Part shown: positions 1 to 11,878 of the stretch, piece by piece
How positions within the stretch are numbered: position 1 is the first letter of the stretch
How the letters are laid out: each line of letters opens with the position of its first letter
Assembly (NCBI GenBank): GCA_030141605.1
Contig: JAQGDQ010000591.1
Span: 1 to 26,183 of the forward strand
Origin: Tubiluchus corallicola
Lineage: Eukaryota > Animalia > Priapulida
Length of the DNA stretch: 26,183 bases
Reading direction: 5' to 3'
Position numbers and translations under genes: made by a program
Notes under the pieces: model-generated
Databases searched by the model: none
What the model saw: the letters and a program-made list of their open reading frames with translations, nothing else
Told to the model about the DNA's origin: nothing

Positions 1-766
1 CAAGCACTATTGATTTTTTTCCTGCAACATCACTGAACACTTTTACATGGCCAAGCACTATTGATTTTTGCTCCTCCAACATGACTGATCACTTTTACAT
101 GGCCAAGCACTATTGATTTTTGTCCTACAACATGACTGAACAGTTCTACATGGCCAAACACTATTGATTTTTTTCCTGCAACATGACTGAACACTTTTAC
201 ATGGCCAAGCACTATTAATTTTTGTCCTACAACATGACTGAACATTTTAACATAGCCAAACACTATTGATTTTTCCTGCAACGTGAATGAACACTTTTAC
301 ATGGTCAAGCACTATTAATTTTTCTCCTATAACATGACTGAACACTTTTACATGGCCAAGCACTATTGATTTTTTTTCCTGCAACATCACTGAACACTTT
401 TACATGGCCAAGCACTATTGATTTTTGCTCCACCAACATGACTGAACACTTTTACATGGCCAAGCACTATTGATTTTTGCTCCTCCAACATGACTGAACA
501 CATTTACATGGCCAAGCATTATTGATTTTTTTCCTGCAACATCACTGAACACTTTTACATGGCCAAGAACTATTGATTTTTGCTCCTCCAACATGACTGA
601 ACACTTTTACATGGCCAAACACTATTGATTTTTGCTCCTCCAACATGACTGAACACTTTTACATGGCCAAGCACTATTGATTTTTGCTCCTCCAACATGA
701 CTGAACACTTTTACATGGCCAAGCACTATTGACTTCTTTCCTGCAAGCAACTGAAACTTTTTACAT
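1..766. repeat. Intronic minisatellite, ~51-52 bp unit (caagcactattgatttttgctcctccaacatgactgaacacttttacatggc)
   Basis: About 15 direct tandem copies; runs off the window start. Confidence 0.95.
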
Positions 767-955
767 TATTTCTTATGGAAAGCGCTGTTTCATTTAGCGA
801 CAAGTTGCATTAGCGTCGTTAATCCAGGACTTACTGTGCATTTTAGTGTATTCGTATTTCTGTTTTTGCTTTTTACGGTGGGATTACGTATTATTTAATA
901 TAATTGTCTATTATTTACCTTATATTATATTTATATATAGTCTACTAAACCATAC

Positions 956-1069
956 CAGTCTATTTTGCAACCACACTTCGTTGCTGTACTGTAACCAGCC
1001 GCCGAATTCAACCGTCAGTTGAGACAACTCAACGTACCTGGTAAGCTTACTGGCTGAGATAAATTGTGG
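956..1069 (-). CDS. SESTD1: SESTD1-like gene, coding exon 5 (PQFISASKLTRYVELSQLTVEFGGWLQYSNEVWLQNRL); gene continues past the window start
   Basis: TTTTTCAG acceptor, CTG|GTATG donor; 114 nt, phase 0-0; resembles the end of the SESTD1 SEC14 domain (SANKLTRYIEPCQLTEDFGG, from memory). Confidence 0.9.
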
Positions 1070-2142
1070 CTGAAAAATGAGGAAAAAAATCAAACTTCTT
1101 AAAACCTTCTTATAAGAATCACATTGTAAAATAAACACGAAGCCAAAACTAATAGAACAAAATTATTTCGTTCCCTTTTTTATTCGTCCTCTCAATCATT
1201 CGTTTACTCATTCAGTTCAGGTTTGCACCTGCGAAAAAATAAGAAGTCCACAAAGCGAATACAGCTTCCACCGTCCTTCTCTTAAGAATAATTAAGTATT
1301 CCAGAAATTAAAGGAAAGAGCAAGCCTTCCAAATGTTCGCAAAAATGTTAGAAAGATTCCGGAACATAACTGTGATAAGTGCCTCGTGTAATTAGCAAAA
1401 ACACTTTAAAGTCACGATTATTTCGCGATGGGGCGCTCCCATTTTAAACAGGAATGAGAATGACAAATTGCAAAAAACTCTGAAGCAGGACGGGGGTTTT
1501 GGGGCCACCTAGGTTGCCAATAGGGTTGAAATTGCAATTTGTGACCATAGAGAGCCTTTAAGTGGACTTAAAATATCAATTACCTTGTTTCATGCATAAT
1601 TTAAAATACCCAACTATCAAGGATACATGATACCCAATTATCTCAAAAACGCCACTCCTATGGCAAAAGTATACAAAAACTGTCTGCAATTGACTCAAAT
1701 AACTCAGCACAATTGATTCTATATTTTTATACATAGAGATATACACGTGGTTACACTGATGTACAAAGTGATGGCCTGCCAACTAGCGGTCAGCTTGTGA
1801 AATAATGTACTGGGTCCGTAAACATTTTCTTAACGAATTTACGCAATTTACAAAAATGGCACTACTGGTCTTCCAAAAGAATCCGCGGATCTCCATACAC
1901 CTTGCCCACGCGTGCGCCCTGGAGACGTTCAAGGATCGCACTGCTTAGCCACAGTCGACGCTGCAGCTCCATCAATGTGATCAATAACTGACTCTCTTGG
2001 CGCACACTCCATTGTCTTCCGAGACAGGAGGATGCCAACCATTTCAACCATATATACCAGCTATAGATACAGATTCATAAGAAACAGAGAAAGTATCTGA
2101 TTCTGACTGTGTTCGCCAGCTTGATCCCAGGAGCGGACTTAC

Positions 2143-2250
2143 CTCGAAACTGAGGTGAAGCCGCTCTTTCCGGAAGCTCAGGCGTCGCTTTTCCCAAAAC
2201 TGATCCGGCTTCACGATCCAAACGTGACGGAGCTGACTGGGCAGACATTC
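2143..2250 (-). CDS. SESTD1: SESTD1-like gene, coding exon 4 (ECLPSQLRHVWIVKPDQFWEKRRLSFRKERLHLSFE)
   Basis: TTTTTACAG acceptor, GAG|GTAAGT donor; 108 nt, phase 0-0; KPDxFW motif. Confidence 0.9.
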
Positions 2251-2371
2251 CTGTAAAAAAAGTAAGCAGTCAATCATTCACCCAAACATGGCCGCAACAG
2301 TAGATTTCAAGCAAGTGTAACATTTAATGGTTACAGAACATGCAAATTTGTTCCCAATTGATAACATGCCA

Positions 2372-3926
2372 CATACTAGGTAATGTTATTCCGGATACAA
2401 CATACTAGGTAATGTTATTCCGGATACAACATACTAGGTAATGTTATTCCGGACACAACATACTAGGTGATGTTATTCCGGACATAACATACTAGGTAAT
2501 GTTATTCCGGATACAACATACTAGGTAATGTTATTCCGGACACAACATACTAGGTAACGTTATTCCGGATACAACATACTAGGTTATTCCGGATACAACA
2601 TACTAGGTAATGTCATTCCGGATACAACATACTAGGTAATGTCATTCCGGATACAACATACTAGGTAATGTCATTCCGGATACAACATACTAGGTAATGT
2701 CATTCCGGACACAACATACTAGGTAATGTCATTCCGGACACAACCTACTACGTAATGTTATTCCGGACACAACATACTAGGTAATGTTATTCCGGACACA
2801 ACATACTAGGGTAATGTTATTCCGGACACAACATACTAGGTAATGTTCCGGATACAACATACTAGGTGACGTTATTGCGGATACAACATACTAGGTAATG
2901 TCATTCCGGATACAACATACTAGGTAATGTCATTCCGGATACAACATACTAGGTAATGTCATTCCGGATACAACATATTAGGTAATGTCATTCCGGACAC
3001 AACATACTAGGTAATGTCATTCCGGACACAACATACTAGGTAATGTTATTCCGGATACAACATACTAGGTAATGTTATTCCGGACACAACATACTACGTA
3101 ATGTTATTCCGGACACAACATACTAGGTAATGTTATTCCGGACACAACATACTAGGTAATGTTATTCCGGACACAACATACTAGGTAATGTTCCGGATAC
3201 AACATACTAGGTGACGTTATTGCGGATACAACATACTAGGTAAGGTTATTCCGGATACCACATACTAGGTGACGTTATTGCGGATACAACATACTAGGTA
3301 AGGTTATTCCGGATACCACATACTAGGTGATGTTATTCCGGATACAACATACTAGGTAATGTTATTCCGGATACAACATACTAGGTAATGTTATTCCGGA
3401 TACCACATACTAGGTAAGGTTATTCCGGATACAACATACTAGGGAAGGTTATTCCGGATACCACATACTAGGTAAGGTTATTCCGGATACAACATACTAG
3501 GTGATGTTATTCCGGATACAACGTACTAGGTAATGTCATTCTGGATACAACATACCAGGTAATGTCATTCCGGATACAACATACTAGGTAATGTTATTCC
3601 GGATACAACATACTAGGTGATGTCATTCCGGATACAACATACTAGGTAATGTCATTCCGGATACAACATACTAGGTGATGTTATTCCGGATACAACATAC
3701 TAGGTAATGTCATTCTGGATACAACATACCAGGTAATGTTATTCCGGATACAACATACTAGGTAATGTTATTCCGGATACAACATACTAGGTAATGTTAT
3801 TCCGGATACAACATACTAGGTAATGTTATTCCGGATACAACATACTAGGTAATGTTATTCCGGATACAACATACTAGGTAATGTTATTCCGGATACAACA
3901 TACTAGGTAATGTTATTCCAGATACA
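2372..3926. repeat. Intronic minisatellite, 29-bp unit (catactaggtaatgttattccggatacaa)
   Basis: Over 50 tandem copies with single-base variants and no spacers. Confidence 0.97.
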
Positions 3927-4904
3927 CTTTTTTGCCAGATAATGAAATTCGGATTATAATATTTTTTATTTTTATCTTATTTTTAATATATTTTTATACA
4001 TTTTGTGAATTTTTATGCAAAATTCATCAAATCTATACATTACTGTACCATACGTACTACGCATGTGCAAAAATACTTTAGACAGAGTACCGCAAAACCC
4101 GAGAAACAGCAAAAATACCGCAATAAATATTTTACATTAATACTTTTGAAAACCTGCGAAACAGCGAGTCTGCGACAAAACGAACCACGAAGTAGCGAGG
4201 GAACACTGTATAAGTTCATTAGTCGCTAAATTATATAAATTAATAGAATACCGAGCTAACAATGAATTTAATGCTCAGAATAATTGCTAGTTTACTCAGC
4301 GTGTTAGTCTAACCTTTAGTTTAACGTAGCAAAATTTATCATCTTGTGCTTGACGGATGTTTCTCCATTGTAATATGTGAATTAGGGCGTCTAAAGACAA
4401 AGAATCCGGTGGAAAAATGCAAATGTGTAAAACTCATTTAGAACAAAGACGCTGATCTACCTGGGCAATTGTGTGGTTTTATATCACAGTTTTTTGTCTG
4501 CACAGCACTGAAGGTGAATTTATAATGCAAAGTTTGGATTTAATAAACAGCAGATTTTATTAGGTTAATTTAAAGCATTATGCAGTTCTGTAATTGGCAG
4601 AAAAATGGCTGTATTTATTATCCAGGGATTTATAATACGCACATATGCGAATGATGAATAGTTATGCTGTTAAGCTCCGTTAGGGATAACGTCTTTTATT
4701 CAGTAACAGTTACAGAGAACCGCAGACAGGGGGCACTTCAGTCACCACAAGCATGCTCATAGCTGGCATCAAAAACGTTAAAGTGATTTAAACTTATGTA
4801 AAACTACCGCGATATTCTGCGTATTTGCATGGGCGTGTAGTAACTTGAACAATGCGAGTAAGACTAGTAAACGCAAGGTAAAAACCTGAATGCCTTCTAC
4901 TCAC

Positions 4905-4995
4905 CTCTAGAACGTCAAGAAACGGACGGACGTCGCGGAAGGTGTTGTGCCTCATGTCAACTATGGCGGTGAATCCGTATTCCTTTGACTCTTTA
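4905..4995 (-). CDS. SESTD1: SESTD1-like gene, coding exon 3 (KESKEYGFTAIVDMRHNTFRDVRPFLDVLE)
   Basis: TTTTCAG acceptor, GAG|GTGAGT donor; 91 nt, phase 2 to 0; GFTxIVDxR CRAL-TRIO motif. Confidence 0.9.
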
Positions 4996-5069
4996 CTGAA
5001 AAGAAACAATGCAAATATTCATAGTCATTTGTGCTTAAGAAAACATTCTTAATAGTTTAAAAGTTTAAA

Positions 5070-7526
5070 AGTTTTATCTTGAAATTTTATACATGCTGTC
5101 TTACCGCACACAGAGTTTATCTTGAAATTTTATACATGCTGTCTTACTGCACACAGAGTTTATCTTGAAATTTTATACATGCTGTGTTGCAGCACACAGA
5201 GTTTATCTTGAAATATTATACATGCTGCCTTGCTGCACACAGAGTTTATCCTGAAATATTATACATGCTGTCTTACTGCACACAGAGTTTATCTTGAAAT
5301 ATTATACATGCTGTCTTACTGCACACAGAGTTTATCTTGAAATATTATACATGCTGTCTTACCACACACAGAGTTTATCTTGAAATATTATACATGCTGT
5401 CTTACCACACACAGAGTTTATCTTGAAATTTTATACATGCTGCCTTACTGCACACAGAGTTTATCTTGAAATTTTATACATGTTGTCTTACCGCACACAG
5501 AGTTTATCTTGAAATTTTATACATGCTGTCTTACTGCACACAGAGTTTATCTTGAAATTTTATACATGCTGTCTTACCGCACACAGAGTTTATCTTGAAA
5601 TTTTATACATGCTGTCTTACCGCACACAGAGTTTATCTTGAAATTTTATACATGCTGCCTTACTGCACACAGAGTTTATCTTGAAATTTTATACATGCTG
5701 TCTTACCGCACACAGAGTTTATCTTGAAATTTTATACATGCTGTCTTACTGCACACAGAGTTTATCTTGAAATATTATACATGCTGCCTTGCTGCACACA
5801 GAGTTTATCTTGAAATATTATACATGCTGTCTTACCGCACACAGAGTTTATCTTGAAATTTTATACATGCTGTCTTACCGCACACAGAGTTTATCTTGAA
5901 ATTTTATACATGCTGTCTTACCGCACACAGAGTTTATCTTGAAATTTATGCTGCCTTACTGCACACAGAGTTTATCTTGAAATTTTATACATGCTGTCTT
6001 ACCGCACACAGAGTTTATCTTGAAATTTTATACATGCTGTCTTACCGCACACAGAGTTTATCTTGAAATTTTATACATGCTGTCTTACCGCACACAGAGT
6101 TTATCTTGAAATTTTATACATGCTGTCTTACCGCACACAGGTTTATCTTGAAATTTTATACATGCTGCCTTACTGCACACAGAGTTTATCTTGAAATTTT
6201 ATACATGCTGTCTTACCACACACAGAGTTTATCTTGAAATTTTATACATGCTGTCTTACTGCACACAGAGTTTATCTTGAAATTTTATACATGCTGTCTT
6301 ACCGCACACAGAGTTTATCTTGAAATTTTATACATGCTGTCTTACCGCACACAGAGTTTATCTTGAAATTTTATACATGCTGTCTTACTGCACACAGAGT
6401 TTATCTTGAAATTTTATACATGCTGTCTTACCGCACACAGAGTTTATCTTGAAATTTTATACATGCTGCCTTACCGCACACAGAGTTTATCTTGAAATTT
6501 TATACATGCTGTCTTACCGCACACAGAGTTTATCTTGAAATTTTATACATGCTGCCTTGCTGCACACTTTATCTTGAAATATTATACATGCTGTCTTACT
6601 GCACACAGAGTTTATTTTGAAATATTATACATGCTGTCTTACTGCACACAAAGTTCATCTTGAAATATTACACATGTTGGCTTACTGCACACAGAGATTA
6701 TCTTGAAATATTATACATGCTGTCTTACTGCACACAGAGTTTATCTTGAAATTTTATACATGCTGTCTTACTGCACACAGAGTTTATCTTGAAATATTAT
6801 ACATGCTGTCTTACTGCACACAGAGTTTATTTTGAAATATTACACATGCTGTGTTACTGCACACAAAGTTCATCTTGAAATATTACACATGTTGGCTTAC
6901 TGCACACAGAGATTATCTTGAAATATTATACATGCTGTCTTACTGCACACAGAGTTTATCTTGAAATATTATACATGCTGTCTTGCTGCACACAGAGTTT
7001 ATCTTGAAATATTATACATGCTGTCTTACTGCACACAGAGTTTATCTTGAAATATTACACATGCTGTCTTGCTGCACACAGAGTTTATCTTGAAATATTA
7101 TACATGCTGTCTTACTGCACACAGAGTTTATTTTGAAATATTATACATGCTGTCTTACTGCACACAGAGTTTATCTTGAAATATTACACATGCTGTCTTA
7201 CTGCACACAGGGTTTATCTTGAAATATTATACATGCTGTCTTACTGCACACAGAGTTTATTTTGAAATATTACACATGCTGTGTTACTGCACACAAAGTT
7301 TATCTTGAAATATTATACATGCTGTATTACTGCACACAGAGTTCATCTTGAAATATTACACATGTTGGCTTACTGCACACAGAGATTATCTTGAAATATT
7401 ATACATGCTGTCTTACTGCACACAGAGATTATCTTGAAATATTATACATGCTGCCTTACTGCACACACAGTTTATCTTGAAATTTTATGTACTTACGCAC
7501 ATACTGTCTTATTGCACACAGAGTTT
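5070..7526. repeat. Intronic minisatellite, 43-bp unit (gagtttatcttgaaattttatacatgctgtcttaccgcacaca)
   Basis: Over 55 tandem copies with regionally clustered variants. Confidence 0.97.
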
Positions 7527-8918
7527 GCGTTAGCAGTAACACAGTATAAAACTTTATTAAACTCCCGCAATGACGTTTAAGTGCGGCCATTTTAGCAGTA
7601 AGTCATTTGCAACAAGTTTAGATAACATTGCACAAAGTTTGAAAAAATAATCAGAGCATTCGTAGCACATTCTTCACTAACTAGCAAAAAGTTCATATTA
7701 CTTTACATTGTCAGTAAGATTAATAATGTGTTTTTTGGTGAATCAGTGGTGCACACTGGGATGCAGTGAAGTTTTACCAGTAAATTTAACACTTGCAATG
7801 ACCATTAAGCACAGCCATTTAAATTGTTTGAAACGTAAATTTAGACAACATCAGAGATAAATTATCAGACATTTACCACAAGACTTCAATTTATTAGAGT
7901 TTCTAAGAGCCAATTAATAAACCAGATTAAACTGCAAACAAATATTTAATGAGCACATGTACATATATAACAACTGTACAGAGGCAGAAAAAGTCATTTT
8001 CAATCAAAGTTTTTGCATCTGGGTGTCAAAGTACAGGCTTAAATCTCTTTCTGTATTTTACATGAATTCACGAATCAAATGGCACTTTTTCAGTCAAAAC
8101 AACCGGAGGGGTTCTGCTCCTAGTATTTGATTCTCATTAACACACAATTACAGCAAATAAAAGAAAATGGCAAAAACATAACTGGCAATCTTGACATCAT
8201 TACGCCAAGATTGACCCGACAAAACTTACGAAACTTTAGAGGGAAAGAAAGGGAAATTTTACTTACTTGTGGTTACCTGTTTGAAACACTTATGTATCTG
8301 GAAAAGTCTTAATAATTTAAACTGCTTCTATGAGTAAAATGTCCTTGGCTCACTATCCCAGCATCCACCACTGGCTCACCAAAAAAACCTATTATTACTC
8401 TAACAGACAAGATAAAGAAACTTATACATTTGCTTAATTAGTGAAGAGTGTGCTACACATGCTTTGATTACATTTTCAAATATTTCACAATGCTGTCTAA
8501 ACTTGTTTCAAAAAAATTCTCAATAAAACAGTCGCACCAGACGTTCAGTTTGGGAGCTGAAATTTACAAGTTTTATACAATGTTGAAGTGAATTTATACA
8601 AGATCTGTGCGCAATAAGACAGAAGTAAAAATATTCCAAGATGCCAAAATTGCTGGAAAACTAATTTTCCCTTTGGACTGGTGCCAGGGATAAGACGATC
8701 CACGGGTTTTCTATGTTTTGCACTCATTTCTAAATCAAACAGCGGCAGGTCTGCCAACTTTAGGTGCAAGTTAGGATTAAAACATTGCAGTTGGCGTTTA
8801 ATATAATGCATTAATTTCACACATTTCACATAAACTCACACAAGCAGCTCGAATGCTTTAAATATTTGGTGCGTCAACTAAAACACATACAATACCGGGT
8901 GCCGCTAAATTTTAATAC

Positions 8919-9039
8919 CTGCACACAGAAGCCAGGTACGTCACGGCGGTGGCGACCTCGTGCGACACTGCATCCAAATCAACAGTTTCAGGCGGCGGAG
9001 GAAACGTAAGAATAGGACCTCCGTACCGATCTCTTCCGC
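8919..9039 (-). CDS. SESTD1: SESTD1-like gene, coding exon 2 (GRDRYGGPILTFPPPPETVDLDAVSHEVATAVTYLASVC-S)
   Basis: TTCCAG acceptor and CAG|GTATT donor; 121 nt, phase 1 to phase 2, joins in frame with both neighbours; GGRDxxGGPILTFP is the SEC14 motif of Trio/SESTD1 proteins. Confidence 0.9.
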
Positions 9040-9505
9040 CTGGAATGATTTAAAAAAGTCTAGATATGTAGGAACAATAGAATGCACAAAGAAGTATTGC
9101 ACTAGTTCCTAGAATCCACGAGAATTTCTTTAAAGTGAATGAATTTCAGAGAACTTTAGTGATCACAATCTCAGTTAAAAAAGCAAAAGAAAAAATCCAA
9201 ACAGCTAATAATGTGTCTTTTTATATGTTTAGGAGTAAAATTTAAAAATGTAAAACATTTCTAAATTTCAATTTGCTTCAAATAACGAGGCACTGCCGTG
9301 CCCTCTCCAAAAGGGAAGGAGAGTGTCATGCATTATCACAACATTAAACTACTAACTACATATGATGAAACGCAGGATAAAACGTAAATATGTTAAACAG
9401 AAATACTAAGTAATATCACAGTTTCCAATATTTGTACTGAACTTGTAACTTATTATAGTATTCAGATAGCATTATAGGATGTTTTTTGGAGTCTTGCAAT
9501 GGTCA

Positions 9506-9550
9506 CAACAACAAAAACAACAACAAACAACAACATAACAACAACAACAA
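9506..9550. repeat. Imperfect (CAA)n microsatellite
   Basis: Direct reading. Confidence 0.7.
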
Positions 9551-9562
9551 AAGCCTTTAATC

Positions 9563-9766
9563 GGGTGTACTCAGACTAGACAGTTTTCTCTCTGAGAACG
9601 CAGGTATGAGTTACTTTCCAAATTCTGTCGGCAAGCTTTTGTAAACTCTCGAAGAGTTTTTGCGAGTTCTCTCCCTTAGTAAGCACGAGCTCAGGCTCAG
9701 CAAAACTCTTGCAAAGCTACACGCACTAGTGAGTTTACTCTCACAGAAAATTTGGTAGTCTGAATA
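9563..9766. mobile_element. Possible short MITE (PIF/Harbinger-like ends) abutting the L2 tail
   Basis: gtactcagacta near 9567 is inverted relative to tagtctgaata near 9756; internal palindrome aaactctcgaagagttt; no clear TSD. Confidence 0.3.
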
Positions 9767-9768
9767 AT

Positions 9769-9789
9769 TTAATAATAATAATAATAATA

Positions 9790-9820
<31 letters not shown>

Positions 9821-10200
9821 TTTATTGAACATGTTTAATGCATTTTACATGATGATCAAATGCATCTTACAAATAAGAGATCATCAGAATTACTAAAAAA
9901 AAATACTTCAAAAGATATTTAAGACAATGGCACATTGATTGATTAAAAGTACATTGAATATGATAAAAAAAGGGAAAAATAATAAAATCACAGAAAATTT
10001 AGTAAAATAAAAAAAGCAATGCCATTAGACATACACAATCGTAAAAAATACAAAATTAGCTCAATCACAGAAGGCTTCCTTGAAATAGTAAGTTTTTAGT
10101 TTTTTTTAAAATTATCAATTGACTTGATCAGGTGCAATTGCAGGGGCAACGAATTCCACAATTTGGGGGCAGCAAAAGTGAATGATTTATTCATGCAAAT
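9769..10200 (-). mobile_element. 5'-truncated L2-clade LINE 3' end with (TTA)n tail
   Basis: Minus strand 10194-10061 reads NKSFTFAAPKLWNSLPLQLHLIKSIDNFKK/LKTYYFKEAFCD* (one frameshift in an A run), the typical L2 ORF2 C-terminus; followed by an AT-rich 3' UTR, AATAAA and a (TTA)n tail at 9769-9825. Confidence 0.85.
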
Positions 10201-10435
10201 ACTGAAACAATATAGAGAGTTTTAGAGAATGCTTCCAAATCCAATACAGTGATAATAATGCTTATGTCAGTACATTATCTTCTTGTACCTACAGCTAAGA
10301 TTGTTAATTCTTGACAAATTTGTGGTCAAAATTTAATTTAAAAAATATCGCAAGAAGAACCAATGAACAGGTAGAAAAGCACTTCAACTTTTACAACTAA
10401 CAATAAACACTTCACCTGCTAATTAGCATACTCAC

Positions 10436-10490
10436 CTGACAGGTAAACATACTGCTTTTTCAGCACAGGTAAAATTGTCTCGGCATACAT
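10436..10490 (-). CDS. SESTD1: SEC14/CRAL-TRIO (SESTD1-like) gene, first coding exon (MYAETILPVLKKQYVYLS-G)
   Basis: ATG at 10490-10488, 8 nt after an acceptor (pyrimidine tract ending TAG, AG at 10500-10499); ends at CAG|GTGAGT in phase 1. The peptide resembles the SESTD1 N-terminus (MEASVILPILKKKLAFLSG, from memory). A Trio/Kalirin-type identity is not excluded. Confidence 0.85.
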
Positions 10491-11051
10491 GATGTGCACT
10501 AAAAAGAGAGCGAAAAATTCAAATCATGTTGGGTGTTTATTATGAGCTACTGTACAAACAACAAACGTCAATAAGCTACTAAGGATGATAACATCTTAAC
10601 AGGTACACAGACCACGTGACTTTACCCGCTTACCTGTCATATCGTGACCTTACCTGTGCAAAGGCCAAGTTTACAAGCCAACTCCTCCTACAACCGCACA
10701 GGTGTGATGTTGAACTAAGCGGCATATTTTACCTGCGCTGATGAATTTAAATTACCAATGTTCAGCTTCTTTTCAAGCAGTGTCAGTGAACCATTAAAGT
10801 GAGATATTGAGACCTGGAACGGTTTACTTTTACGAAACGGGCTGTAGAATAAACACGTGAATTTGTTAATGCTTTGACACACGGCACTTGTAGTAATGTC
10901 GGATATAAAAGAATGCCAAAAACTGAGTTTCAATCTTGATGTAACAAAATTAAAATTCTTTCAATATGGACATAATTCTTAAAGGATCTTTTAAAGTTTA
11001 CGTATCATGCAGATTTACACCTGTTTGCCATCGTATACTATAATAACCTTC

Positions 11052-11189
11052 TTAAAGGAAGACTGGACGATTGTTTAGACTCAATCTCATTTTAATTTAC
11101 TGTTCAAAATATACATTTTCTTACCTATAAAAGTTAACAATAGTTTCTTATAATTGAATAATTAGCTTAGAAAGTTAATTAATGGTAAC
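11052..11189 (+). mobile_element. Dispersed repeat terminus (copy 1), TTAA-AGG start, possibly a Kolobok-like non-autonomous DNA transposon
   Basis: About 135 bp clearly homologous to 25494-25625; both copies begin at TTAA. The family is inferred only from the TTAA+AG terminus. Confidence 0.55.
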
Positions 11190-11878
11190 TAAAATGCAAT
11201 TTGCCTACTAAAATGCAAATTAGCTATTAAAGTACAACTTGGCTACCAAAATGAAACTTGGCTACTAATATGCAATTTGGCTACTAAAATGCAACTTTGC
11301 TACTAAAGTACAACTTGGCTACTAAAATGAAACTTGGCTACTAATATGCAACTTGCCTACTAAAATGTAATTTGACTACTAAAATGCAACTTTGCTACTA
11401 AAGTACAACTTGGCTACTAAAGTACAACTTGGCTACTAAAAAGCAATTTGGCTACTAAAATGAAACTTGGCTACTAAGATGTAATTTGACTACTAAAATG
11501 CAACTTGGCTACTAAAGTACAACTTGGCTACCAAAATGAAACTTGGCTACTAAAATGCAACTTGCCTACTAAAGTACAACTAGGCTACTAAAAAGCAATA
11601 TGGCTACTAAAATGCAATTCGACTACTAAAATGCAACATGGCTACTGAAATATAACTTGGCTACTAAAATGCAATTCGACTACTAAAATGCAACATGGCT
11701 ACTGAAATAAAACTTGGCTACTAAAATGCAACTTGGCTACTAAAAAGCAACTTTTCTACTAAAATGCAACTTGGCTATAAAAATGCAATTTGGCTACTAA
11801 AATAAAACTTGGCTACTAAAATGCAATTTGACTACTAAAATATGCAAAATGGCTATTGAAATACAACTTGGCTACTAA
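11189..11878. repeat. Minisatellite, 19-bp unit (ctactaaaatgcaacttgg)
   Basis: About 36 diverged tandem copies starting where the dispersed-repeat homology ends. Confidence 0.95.

Noticed and set aside
30-281. 83-aa repetitive ORF
   Set aside because: Read-through of the 51-bp minisatellite; frame is broken by indels in neighbouring units.
4681-4690. TAGGGATAAC, the start of an I-SceI site
   Set aside because: Only the first 10 of 18 bp match contiguously; compatible with chance.
2372-7526. 29-bp and 43-bp arrays as CRISPR arrays
   Set aside because: Units are head-to-tail with no unique spacers, no cas genes are present, and they lie in spliceosomal introns.
8103-8124. Small hairpin plus CTAG-T resembling a Helitron 3' end
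   Set aside because: The stem is only 4 bp, directly abuts CTAG, and no 5' end or second copy was found.
9611-9832. Poly-Leu signal-peptide-like ORF
   Set aside because: The Leu run is the (TTA)n tail of the L2 element.
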